Shown in pieces: positions 11,603 to 22,479 of a DNA stretch of 64,000 nucleotides. How positions within the stretch are numbered: position 1 is the stretch's first letter; every line of letters begins with the position of its first letter. Below the pieces are notes generated by a model. The model saw only the letters and a list, made by a program, of their open reading frames with translations, searched no databases and had not been told where the DNA came from. Source of the DNA: Heteronotia binoei (Eukaryota). The DNA lies in contig NC_083231.1 in assembly GCF_032191835.1 (NCBI RefSeq), forward strand, positions 4,154,001 to 4,218,000, in the 5' to 3' direction. The translations under genes and the position numbers were made by a program.

Positions 11603-11865
11603 TAAGAACATATGAGAAGCCATGTTGGATCAGGCTAATGGCCCATCCATTCCAACACTCTGTGTCACATAAGAGAAGCTATGTTGGATCAGGCCAATGG
11701 CCCATCCAGTCCAACACTCTGTGTCACATAAGAACATAAGAGAAGCCATGTTGGATCAGGCCAATGGCCCATCCAGTCCAACACTCTGTGTCACATAAGG
11801 ACATAAGAGAATCCATGTTGGATCAGGCCAATGGCCCATCCAGTCCAACACTCTGTGTCACACAG
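11603..11865 (-). repeat. Short tandem array (4 units) of the same 67/59-bp CR1-tail unit
   Basis: Same unit as 2306-4932, here mostly with the GCCATG variant. Confidence 0.93.
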
Positions 11866-13221
11866 AGGCCAAAAACTGCCTTAATTTTCTTCAAGCCAAA
11901 GAAAACACAAGTGAAAATAAATTTCAAGCCAAAGAAAACTGCTGAACCCTTTGCTTGTTGAGCACCTGCAGTCGGGAGAAATCCATGTGGCATGAAAGCC
12001 TCACCATGCAGTTGGCACAGGCAGCCCACTGACCCCCCCACTGGCATCACTGGGATTGGCTTCGGCAAAAGGCCTCTCGGCCCCAGAGCATGGCACAAGT
12101 CCTGCTATGCAGCAGCATAGATATTGGGTGGAGGGGGCATGTCTTGCCAGTTAGGTAGCTCTCAAAGTGCTTTCAGGATGGGAGCCCCCCCAAACAGGCA
12201 AAAACAGCAGCATAGCCCATCAGCACCTATGATGGACTGAACAGCACAGCCCACCCCCACGAGACCCCAAGCAGCACATGATGCTGACCAAGTGTGTGCC
12301 CAATCAGCACCTTCCTCTGCGCTGACCACACCCCTAATCAGCCCCCCACCCCGTACAAATGGTTCCAGGAGGGCTCCTCACAACCCCTGAGGTAGAGCGC
12401 ACAGCTTGGGATTCTGTTCAGCAGCTCCTTGGTGGAGAGCACAACACAGACAGGGCGCTTAGCACTGCCGGGTGAACAACACCACAAAGAGAGCGAAGTC
12501 CACACTCTGGGTCTGACCTTTCCCAGATTTTGGCTCCAGCAGGTACACCAGCTTCTCTGCCAGCATCCTAAGGGACAACCACAGCCACAGCCAGGGAAGC
12601 AGGCCTCCCGTCCCCTCCCCACTCTCACCATGCCCAGCAACAGCCTGGCAGCCCCCGAGGCTCATGCCCCCGGCCGACAGTTGTGTGGGAGCACCTCGGG
12701 GAGTGCTGCTGCGGAGGGGGAGCCATGGTGTCCACCACGCACTGGGCCACTGCCAAGGACCGCTGCTGCGCTCCCCCCTGCTCTGAAGCCTCTGGTGGTC
12801 GGCAGGAGCCCCCAGCTCCAGTAGATGGCCACACCAATTCCCGTGCAGGAGCAGAGAGCCTCAAAGACGCTGATGGACTCACCCCAACGACACACAATGG
12901 TCTGGACGTGATGCTGACCCAGCGCAAGAAAGGGGTGGCCAAAATGCTAAGGATAGAAACTTCCCCCCCTTTCTGCAGTGATGAGTTGCAGGCAGCCACT
13001 CCCCCAGGTGTCCCTAGCCCCTCCATGGAGCGAAACCCCCAACAGAAGCCCTGACCCAGTCAAGTCCACCCCTCTGGGCAACCCTTGAGGAGGTGCCCCT
13101 AGCGATGGCAGACCTGATGGGGCTGAAGCCGAAAGTGCCAGGAACCCCTACAGCCACTCCGCTGGCATCGGCCACCTTCAAAGGGGGAAGAGGAGATCCC
13201 ATCTCCTCCCCCTCCTGGCAA

Positions 13222-13405
13222 CAGATGCCCTGTGAGGTCAGCGGGGCTGAGAGAGCTCAGACTGAGAACTGCTCTTGAGAAAGCAGCTCTGTGAGAACTG
13301 TGGTCACTCAGCTGGCTGGCTACATGTGGCGGAGGAGTGGGGAATCAAACCTGGTTCTCCCAGATGAGAGTCCATACACTTAACCACAACACCAAACTGG
13401 CTTCT
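13222..13405 (-). mobile_element. tRNA-derived squamate SINE, partial
   Basis: Reverse of CCAGTTTGGTGTAGTGGTTAAG..GGAGAA..GGTTTGATTCCCCACTCCTCC head. Confidence 0.75.
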
Positions 13406-14012
13406 AGAGTGCCAGTTCCTGGCGTTGGTGCCTGTTGTGGGCTCTGGGGAGAGGGTGTGTGGGAGCAACAAGGAAATTGAAAATGCACGGGAGAAGTCTT
13501 CCAACAATGCTGTCCACACAGAAGTGTGTGCGTGCGTGGGGAGGGGGAGTCAAGGGGCCCGGCAAGAGTGCCCCCAGACGCAGGCGTGCACCACACAGTG
13601 ATGGAGTTCTGGGTCAGCTGACTTTCCTTGGTAAAGGACCCGGCCAGTCTGGGCACCAGGGCCAAGGGAATGTGGCTCCAGGGGCCTTGTGCAGCCAGAG
13701 CCGACATACCGTTCTGAACAAGCGCTCCAAGCCAGCGTTGTCAGGGCCCGCCCACATCCAGAGGTGGCCAGCAGCCCTGAGTGCTGTCGACCAGGCGAGG
13801 ACCCTCCCAGAGGGCAATTCCCTACAGAGGCTCACAGGGATTTTGGTGAAGCAAATGAGAGGCCCAACAGTGGCCTCAGCCCAGCAACCGTGACAGTAGA
13901 TGCCATCACTACACATCCTCCCATGCCACGTTACAGCCACTGCTGACTGACTGTTCCTGGGCCCAGGAGCTGTGGTCCTGCCCCGTGGGAGGCTACTTTT
14001 ACAATCTCATTT

Positions 14013-14292
14013 ATTTGGTGTCGTGGTTACGGTAAGTGTGCGGATTCTTATCCGGGAGAATCAGGTTTGATTCCCCACTCCTCCACCACATGCAGCACCT
14101 GCTGATGTGACCTTGAGTCGGTCACAAGTTCTCACAGAGCTGTTCCACTCAAGAGCAGTTTCTATGAGAGCTCTCTCAGCTCCACCTACCTCACAAGGTG
14201 TTTGTAGGGAGGAGAAGGGAAAGAAGATTGTAAGCTGCTCAAACTCCTTCGAGTAGTGAAGGGTGGGGTATAAATCCAATCTCTTCTTCTTC
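14013..14292 (+). mobile_element. tRNA-derived squamate SINE, near full length
   Basis: A/B-box head (TTTGGTGTCGTGG..GGTTTGATTCCCC), body and TATAAATCCAAT(CTT)n tail. Confidence 0.8.
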
Positions 14293-14330
14293 ACTCAGGT
14301 TTCTCAGATCACAGCTTGAAAATGCTAGAA

Positions 14331-14963
14331 CAGGGGTGGCCAAACTTGGTTAACGTAAGAGCCACATAGAATAAATGTCAGATGTTTGAGAGCCACAAGA
14401 AATGAACATCAGATGTTTGAGAGCAGGCAAGCAATAGATGGGGGAGGCAAGGGTGGAAAGAAAGCAACTTTAAATGCGTTCTCCATGCTGCTGTAGGGTT
14501 GCCAGGTGTGTGTTGGAAAATACCTGGAGACTTTGGAGGAGGATCTGGGGAGGGGAGGGGGTTCAGTGAGTTACAATGTCATAAAGTCCACCTTTCAGAG
14601 CAGCCATTTTCTCCAGGGGTAAGTAATACAGACATAAAGAGGCGGCTACACAGAAAAGTATCAATAATATTGATAATAAATTGTTTGTTTCAAAATATAG
14701 AGTAACAAGCCAAGACTTGTATCAACAATTGTTACTTTTATACAGTTTTTTCCTTTTGTTACAATATCTTCTCCAGGAGAGCTGACCTCTGCCAGCTGGA
14801 GATCAGATGTAAAGGTGGAAGATCTCCAGGCCCCACCTGGAGGCTGGCAACCCTAAGCTGCTGGCTGGCTTGACTTGGAGAAGTGATTTAAAGAGACAAA
14901 TGCCTTCTCCAAGCCAGCTGATGGGGTGGTGGGGCTTCAGGAGCCACAGTTTGGCCACCCCTG
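14331..14963. mobile_element. hAT MITE with perfect 8-bp TSD TGCTAGAA, containing nested insertions
   Basis: CAGGGGTGGCCAAACT TIRs; TGCTAGAA at 14323-14330 and 14964-14971. Confidence 0.9.
14494..14855. mobile_element. Nested hAT-type MITE (TIR TAGGGTTGCCA)
   Basis: TAGGGTTGCCAG / CTGGCAACCCTA termini; flanks TGCTGCTG / AGCTGCTG (7 of 8 match). Confidence 0.85.
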
Positions 14964-16639
14964 TGCTAGAAGAATTTGGGGGTGGGGGGGAGATAAGCAT
15001 TGGAAACAATACATGTAGGAGAGAAGAAAGCCCTTTCTGAATGCAGTTAGGACATCAGGGGGGAAAATTACCCTCAAGATATCCTTCAAAAAGGGTTCCG
15101 TGGTCATTTGATTTCCTGGTTGTTTGAAGGAAGACAGAAGTAACTGATCAAGTTTGAGCTGAATCCACAGGGAACTCCTTCATCTGGAAATCCGTCCCCA
15201 AGGCTCACAAACAGCCACAGTAGCGGGCATTCGTCAAGGGAACCAGGCCAGAGATTGACAGAATGTGACCACAGATTCTTTTTTTCATTAGATAGAGCAT
15301 CAAAAATTTAAAGACGAAATGCTGAGCTCATCAGGATCTAATACAACTGATGCGTCCAGTCATTGTCTCTGTAGCCGTTATGAATGCCAGCCAGTAGGCA
15401 CCCCCAACATTCCATGGAGGTTATAGTTCCTCTCCCTCCAGCATCCCATGGAACAACCTTCGAAACACTGCTAGCTCTCTTCCCCTGACATTTCAGTTAC
15501 GATGATCCCCTCAACTGCAGAAATGTCCTGGCTAGTAGCCACAGACTATACAAACACTGCTTACAGTTGACAGCATGGCATTTGGTTTCTAACGATGAAG
15601 CAAGACTATGTTACAGCAATGACCAAATGGAATTTATCACACAAATGTCTGGACCTTCATTGGTTGTAAAAGTTGAGCACCTGAAGGTCTACGATAAAGC
15701 AGTCCAGAAGGCAATTCTCCAACAGAAGTGAAAACAGATAGGAGGCCCCATTCATGATCGTGAGGTTTGCACATGGTAAGTTTCCACTGGATTGTTTCCT
15801 TTGGTTTCAGGTTTTGCAGAATTAACGGGGGAAAGAACACCAAAACCCTATACCTGGAACAGGGTGTTTCTGAATTACGGCAAGAGCAAAAATGCACAAC
15901 AGTATCTCAAACAATTTCTTGGTAATCTAAGGTTGCACCTGTGCGTTTGGACCGAAAAACGGTGAGCAGACCAGTGGAAATCTGTGCGCATCTGCTCATG
16001 TGCTCCCACTAAAGGGAACCTCATCCTGGATGTCTCTGTCACCTGAAATGTGAAGCTGCCCTCAGCGCCCCTGAAATCCGCACTCAGGTTTCTGGAAATA
16101 CTGAAACCATTGAAAAAACTTTTGATCTGACCAAAACCAAACAAAAAACAATGGAAATTTGGGGGGGAAACTGAAATATACACAATACTTACTGTCCAAT
16201 CAAACCAAAATTTTACTACTTTAACGACCAAAAATGCATAATTTATAGTTTACTAGGTGTAAAAAATTGCAATATTTGAGATATTTAGGGAATTTGTAAG
16301 TTATAAATGCCATATTTCCTTCAAGCAAAATTGCAAATATAAAGAATACTTGTGAGAAAACTGCCCCGTTTAGCACATGTACCTTGGTTAGAAAGAGCTC
16401 AGTTCTCAATGAAACTGCAGTTTTCCTTTGAAGCTTTGGTGGTTTCTGCCCCATGTCTTTCTGAGCTTTTTTTCGTCCAGCAAGGCAGGGCAATAAAGCT
16501 ACTTTCTACCCAGCCTGTGATGAATCCATGTGGCTTGGGGAGAAGTGAAACGTTCAAAAACAGGAAGACTCTCATCAAAAGAACTAAGTTAAGAATGAAA
16601 GCCCTGCATGCTCCCCTTATGAAGATCAAGAGTCCAGCA

Positions 16640-17310
16640 CAAGAGTGGCCAAACTTCCTTAACGTAAGAGGCACATAGAATAAACATCAGATGTTTGAGA
16701 GCTGCAAGACACAACCGCCAGATGTTTGAGAACCATATGGATGGATGGAGCAGGCAAATGGATGGGGGGAGGGAGAAGATGATATTGGATTTATACCCTG
16801 CCCTACGCTCTGAATCTCAGAGTAGCTCACAATCTCCTTTACCTTCCTCCTCCACAACAGACACCCAGTGAGGTGGGTGAGGCTGAGAGAGCTCTCACAG
16901 AAGCTGCCCTTTTCAAGGACAACCTCTGTCAGAGCTATGGCTGACCCAAGGCCATTCCGGCAGCTGCAAGTGGAGAAGTGGGGAATCAAACCCAGTTCTC
17001 CCAGATAAGAGTCCGCGCACTTAACCACTACCCCAAACTGGCTCTCTGGAGGTCATGTGGCCAGGAAAGACTGGCATACTAGCTGGAGGGTCACAGCTCT
17101 GTGAGAACTATGGCTGACCCAAGGCCATTCCACGGTTCTCCCAGATACGAGTCCACACACTTAACCACTACAAACTGGGAGAAGTGGAAAGAAAGCTGGC
17201 TTGGAGAAGTGATTTAAAGTGACAAGTGCCTCCTCCAAGCCAGCCAATGGGGTGGTGGGGGCTTCAAAAGCCACAATGTGTGAGAAACAGCCACAGTTTG
17301 GCCACCCCTG
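16640..17310. mobile_element. hAT MITE interrupted by SINE insertion(s)
   Basis: Decayed left TIR CAAGAGTGGCCAAACT, right TIR AGTTTGGCCACCCCTG; flanks GTCCAGCA / GTCCAGTA. Confidence 0.8.
16773..17046 (-). mobile_element. tRNA-derived squamate SINE, full length (partial duplicate at ~17090-17175)
   Basis: Reverse complement of the element at 14013-14292. Confidence 0.85.
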
Positions 17311-17329
17311 GTCCAGTAGATCCTTAAAG

Positions 17330-17545
17330 ACTAACAACATTTGTAGAACAAAGTTAGAGTCCGGCAGCACCTTTAAGACCTTTTGTGAATGGCTTATACC
17401 CTGAATTAAACTTTGTTGGCCTTAAAGGTGCCTCTGGATTCAAACTTTGTTCCTCTACTTCAGACCAACATGGATACCCGCCGGAATCTAACAAAATTTG
17501 TGGTACGATATAAGCTTTCATGAGTCATTGTTCACTTCTTACTCT
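17330..17545. mobile_element. Penelope-like short element fragments with decayed hammerhead
   Basis: GAGTCC..GCACCTTTAAGACC motif in both orientations; minus strand AAGAAGTGAAC..CTCATGAAAGCTTA. Confidence 0.55.
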
Positions 17546-18119
17546 TTTCTACTGCTGCAGAGAGACCAACATGATACCCATCTCAATCTACCTTCCTGGT
17601 GCAGAAAAACATCCTGGATTTAAGAACTGTATATGTCTACAGCATATTCACCTTGCCTTTGAAAGCATTTCACTCATTCTAAAAGACAAAATATTTCACA
17701 GGGTTTTTTTAAAGTGCTCCCCGAATTTCCAGTTTATCTTGCATACCAGTAGCACGTACCCAAATGGCAGTCACTACAGAACACGAGGAATAGTGTGAGC
17801 TATGCAGTCCCTGGATGAACCCCCACCTTCGCTCTGAGCCCACTTTCTGCAGTAGAGAAACACGACCACGTTACAGGGCTGTTGTAGACCACGTGAATAA
17901 CTGCAATGATTCATGCAGCACAAGAGTATTTATTCCAAAAATGTTGTATCCTTTTGCTTAAAGTAAGCACAACTGGGAAGCCAAAAGGAAAAGTGAAATA
18001 TTATAAGGGACCCTTTTTTGCAAGTTGTTCTGCTGCAAAGACTGTTTTCACAGCAAAGAACTCATGCACTACTGAGAAAGCCTCACCTCTTTAGGAGCTT
18101 GCTTTATTTTTATTTTATT

Positions 18120-18670
18120 AATTATATTTTTAGCCTGCCTCTCCCGCAGCAATCGGGGCAGTTAACATAAATGCAAAACATAAATATTATATAAAACAAT
18201 TTAGCACACTGGCCCTCTGGCAAGAAGATCTGAGAAACTGACAGTAGGTCAGATAACGGAATGCCTGGAAGAATAACTGTCTGACAGGCCATGTGCAACC
18301 TTGACAGGTCAGACAGAGCATTCCACATGGTTGGAGCAACAGCTGAGAAAGCCCTTGCTCTGGTCAAGGTTACATGAGCTACCCAAGGACCAGGCACTGC
18401 CAGAAGCCCACGTGAAGAATGCAAGCAGGGGGGTGGGGGGCATGATAAGAGAGGCAGCCCTTAAGGTACCACTTAGAGCTTAGAGATTAAAACCAACGGG
18501 AAGCCAGTGCAGCTGCTTCAAAACAGGCAGAATATGTGCAGATCACGAAGCATTGGTCAGCAGCCTGGCAACCACATTCTGAATAGCATCTTCAGGGGCA
18601 GCCCTGCACAGCAAACAGTCCAATCGGGAGGTGACTGCCACAGAAATCACTGTGGCCAGGTGTGACCAGG
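18120..18670 (-). mobile_element. L2-type LINE 3' fragment
   Basis: Minus-strand translation ..TRARAFSAVAPTMWNAL.. and an L2-like 3' end with AT-rich tail. Confidence 0.65.
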
Positions 18671-19399
18671 ATAAATGTGTGTGGGGGGGGGGGGGAAGAG
18701 GAGACAACTGATGAGCCAGGTGGAGATAGAAAAATGCCAGTTTCACCACATTTTTGTCTGCCAGGGTGAAGTGTCCAGCAGAAGGGCAGGATGGGCAAGG
18801 GCTGTCCAGGGCTTTCACCCAGAGCGACCTGCAGTGGAATCCCCCTGGCCTCCCCAGGAACACCATGCAAGGAGGGAGAAGACTCCTTCCCCTTTCGGAA
18901 GCCCATTTTCTGAGCAGGCTGTTTTTCCGCTGGTGCTCACCAGGCAGGAGTGCCAGCCAGGAAGAGGCACAGCGTTCCCGCCCGCTTCTTTCTTTGGGGC
19001 TCCGATCCCTGAGCAGCAGCAGCAGCAGCGCGGCCCCGATCCCTTCGCTCTGCCTGGAGTGATGGTGGTGCTGGAGCGGTGCGCATAGGGGACTGGCTGT
19101 CTGCAGCACCCAAAAAGCCCAGGCCCGTGCTGGGGGGAGGGGGGCGTCGGAGCCTCCACGCTCCACCGAGAGCGGGGCTCAGTCCCGGCTGCAGACCTGT
19201 GCGGGGCGGAGGAGGAGGCTTCCGGCCGGGAGAGGCGACCTGGTCCGGGGGGGCTCTTCCGGGCTGGGCGCCCCAAGGCGCGTGCACCGCAGTAAGGGGT
19301 CTGCTGTCTGCACTCGCGGGACCGCGCGAGGCTCGGGGGGGTGGGGGGTGGGAAGCGTGCCGCCGCTCGAGAGAACCGGGCTGGTTTGGGCTGACTTAC

Positions 19400-19600
19400 C
19401 GGGACCCCTAGCAGAGAAAGCCTGCGCATCCTCATCCGCCTCCTCCCGAGACGCCAGCCCTCGAGCGCCCCCCACGGCCGCCTCCTGCTGCACCTCCGGG
19501 GGGGGGGAGAGCCGAGCCGCGCCCCTCCCCAGCGGGAGGGAGGCTGGCAGGTAGAGACCCGCCGCCGCCCAGCTGCTGCTGCTTCTTCCGCCTCCTTCCC
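19400..19600 (-). other. FOXM1: Putative non-coding exon 1 of FOXM1 (5' end approximate)
   Basis: Consensus donor CG|GTAAGT at 19400/19399 on the minus strand, directly downstream of the E2F/CHR module; FOXM1 has a non-coding first exon. Confidence 0.6.
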
Positions 19601-19605
19601 CGGAT

Positions 19606-19661
19606 TTTGAATTTGGCGCCCAACAGGCTGGTTGCTGTCACGTGGGCCCGCCGGGGCCAAT
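19606..19661 (-). promoter_or_regulatory. Cell-cycle promoter module: CHR TTTGAA (19606-11), E2F-type TTTGGCGCC (19612-20), E-box CACGTG (19639-44), CCAAT (19657-61)
   Basis: Motifs read directly; the clustering is typical of DREAM/MuvB-regulated genes. Confidence 0.75.
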
Positions 19662-20145
19662 GGGCGCCAGGCGTAGGAGTCCAACGTTCCGTGCCCGGGC
19701 CGCGCCTGCGCCCTGCTCCCACGGGGGTGGGCGGGGCCTGACTGTGGGCTCTGCGAGGGGGCGGCGCTCATGGCGGGGGTTGGGGGGGTGAAGGACAGCC
19801 TGGGAGGCGGCCACGCCCGGCGGCCTGAAACGGGCCTGGGAGGGAGGAGCGGCCAGGAGGCGGTGGTCAGGGCGGCGGCAACCCTGCCTGGCGGAGCGCC
19901 TCAGGCCGCGCGGCCCTGCTCGACCCCGCTGAGGAAAGCGCGCCGCTTTCGCGGAGGCCTAGCGCGCATGAGGCGGGGCCACGGCGTCATGCCCACCCAC
20001 TTGCTCGAGGCTGGGCGGGGCCGGCCTCGCCTGGCCCATTCAGGCAGCCGACGGGAAGGAGGGGCGTGAGCCTGGTCCAATGGCAGGAAAGGTGGGCGGG
20101 GCCAGGCTCGTTGGGCCGCGGCAGGCCGCCCTCCCCCCCCCCGCG

Positions 20146-20159
20146 GTTCCCCTAGCAAC
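20146..20159 (+). promoter_or_regulatory. RFX X-box
   Basis: GTTCCC-CT-AGCAAC, 14-bp X-box geometry, ending 6 nt before the ATG of the ciliary gene TULP3. Confidence 0.7.
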
Positions 20160-20165
20160 GGCGGG

Positions 20166-20206
20166 ATGGCGAACGCCAGCAGCGGGCTGACTTTTCCTCG
20201 CGTCGG
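20166..20206 (+). CDS. TULP3: TULP3 coding exon 1 (41 nt, MANASSGLTFPRVG)
   Basis: ATG in GGGATGG context; GG|GTAAGG donor; phase 2 matches exon 2; same length as human exon-1 CDS as recalled. Peptide itself is poorly conserved. Confidence 0.75.
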
Positions 20207-20514
20207 GTAAGGCCGCGGGCGCTTTGTGTATGCGCAGAGGCCCTGCCGCCGAGGGGTGGTGGGCGGGGCGCTCTGCCTTCGGGGCACCCGGCTGGGCCGG
20301 GCCTGGTCTGGCTGGAGAGGGCCAGCGGGAAGGGAGGAGGGGAAGCGCGGGGCGCCCCCGGCCCTTGGAGGGTGATGCGAGCCCCAGCGGCAGCGGAGGA
20401 GCTGCAACATCTCAGCAGCGGGTCTCCTCCTCCCCGCTCCTGGCTTCACCTCACCCACCCCTGGGCTAAGGGGCGGTTCCCAGAACTCCTGCACATTGTC
20501 ACCCAGGAGGAAGT

Positions 20515-21095
20515 CATCAAAGTCAGTCTTGTCTTCTCAGACTGGCAGCGGCTCTCCAGGGTCTCAAGCTGAGGTTTTTCACGCCTATTTGCCTGGACCC
20601 TTTTTTGGAGATGCCAGGGATTGAACCTGGGACCTTCTGCTTCCCAAGCAGATGCTCTACCACTGAGCCACAGCCCCATTCACGGCTCTCCAGGGTCTCA
20701 AGCTGAGGTTTTTCACGCCTACTTGCCTGGACCCTTTTGAGTTGGAGATGCCGGGGATTGAACCTGGGACCTTCTGCTTCCCAAGCAGATGCTCTACCAC
20801 TGAGCCACAGCCCCATTCACGGCTCTCCAGGGTCTCAAGCTGAGGTTTTTCACGCCTACTTGCCTGGACCCTTTTGAGTTGGAGATGCCGGGGATTGAAC
20901 CTGGGACCTTCTGCTTCCCAAGCAGATGCTCTACCACTGAGCCACAGCCCCATTCACGGCTCTCCAGGGTCTCAAGCTGAGGTTTTTCACGCCTACTTGC
21001 CTGGACCCTTTTGAGTTGGAGATGCCGGGGATTGAACCTGGGACCTTCTGCTTCCCAAGCAGATGCTCTACCACTGAGCCACTGTCCCTCCCTCC
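20515..21095 (-). repeat. Head-to-tail array of 4 Squam3-type tRNA-SINE 5' halves (137-bp period)
   Basis: Unit starts at 20549, 20683, 20820, 20957; each has A box TGGCTCAGTGG and B box GGTTCAATCCC; matches the monomer at 37299-37515. Confidence 0.92.
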
Positions 21096-21899
21096 CCCCT
21101 AGGTCAACCCTGCCCAGTGCAGCGTGTCTGTTCTCTCTGTGCCAAACATCGCAGCCCCACACAGCTGTGGACTTTCATCTTCTCTCTGGGAGATGCATTC
21201 CATTTCTCTTGCTGTCTTCTGTGGACCTGAACTCCCAAGATGCAAGGAATATTGCCTACCCCAAATCGCTTTCCCCGCTACTCCCTTTTATCTTCCTCTT
21301 GGTTAGCTTGTGTGATCCCCGTGTGCTTTGTAGGTATGATTTGCTGTTTTCTTCTTTTATAATAAAACACTTTTCCGGTTGCTCCTCAGCCTGGTTTATT
21401 TTGATAGTTCTCTAGGGGTACAATCCCTGTAATCACCGGTGGAGATCTCCTAGTTAACCGTTCTTGCATGACTCCAATTACACTAATTCCCCCTATTAAT
21501 TTGGAGACTTCCAATTTGGGTGACAGTAATGTAGTATAAAACTTGTCCTTGCCCAAGCATCAAGAAACACACTGTTCGCCTGATACGGAACAATTTCCAT
21601 AGACTGGTGGTGGTGGATGTTGTGGTCAAACAACCCCTTTATGGCAGTAGAGATGGCTCAGCGGGGTCTTGAGCAATGAATAGTTGGAAATCCCCACACC
21701 TCAATCTGTCTGTTTTTAGTAGCTTGAACAGGCACCCTCTCCCCTTGCTTTCCCCCTCCAACTGATTCTCCGCTCTTCTCAACATTTTGTGTCTCCCTGA
21801 GGATGGTCAGTCGTCATGGGGTCACCTTTGTTTTTGTTTTTTAATGTTAGTTCACAAACCCATATTCCTGTATGTGCCGAATATTGCCTTTGCAGTTGC

Positions 21900-22137
21900 T
21901 GTTTTCAGGAGGGAGACTAGATTATCTGGCCCATTACCACTTAGGCCTTGCTAGCAAAAAAGGGAGCAATTCCTGACTGAATGAACTGGATTCAAAATAA
22001 ACTGTTAAAAGCTGTTAATAAAGCTGTTCTCAGGAGGGAGACTTGATTATCTGGCCCGTTACCACTTAGACCTCACTAGCAAAAAAGGGAGCAATTCCAG
22101 ACTGAATGGACTGGATTCAAAATAAACATGTTTAAAA
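21900..22137. repeat. Two-copy tandem duplication, 125-bp period
   Basis: TGTT(T/C)TCAGGAGGGAGACT..GGATTCAAAATAAAC at 21900 and 22025. Confidence 0.85.
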
Positions 22138-22479
22138 TCCTTATTTACAGGAATATGAGCTTATGTGGAAAGAACAGAAAGACTGCAGCCAAATTCTCCC
22201 TCTTCTCCTCCAGCCTCCATGCTTTCTTTCTACTCCTTGCTTTTCAGACCACTGTTTCATAGTTACACTTTTGCCTCAGGAAGCTTAGTTCTTCAGTGGC
22301 TCCTCATGACAACTTCTCATAGCCTTGATTCTCTGTCTGGTATATTGGGAGCTTTTATTAATACATTCCGTGTTCTAGTAATTATAATACCTTGAAATTG
22401 GTTTTTTTGGTGTATTTTTTGGTATTTGTGTGTATGTGTGCGTGTGAAGGCATGTTGACTTCTGGTGACTGACCCCTAT

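Larger units (their letters stand above)
18900..20500. promoter_or_regulatory. CpG island / bidirectional promoter of FOXM1 and TULP3
   Basis: Very high GC and CpG density compared with the rest of the window; contains both putative first exons; GC boxes at ~19730 and ~20095. Confidence 0.9.

Noticed and set aside
18543-20494. Long overlapping ORFs in the CpG island (e.g. 318 aa at 18815-19771, 207 aa, 197 aa)
   Set aside because: Pro/Arg/Gly/Ala-rich, present in many frames, no recognisable domain; expected from stop-codon scarcity in GC-rich DNA.
20446-21162. Repeated ORFs MGLWLSGRASAWEAEGPRFNP.. and tRNA-like sequence
   Set aside because: Translations of the SINE array; the heads have A/B boxes but no complete cloverleaf, so they are not tRNA genes.
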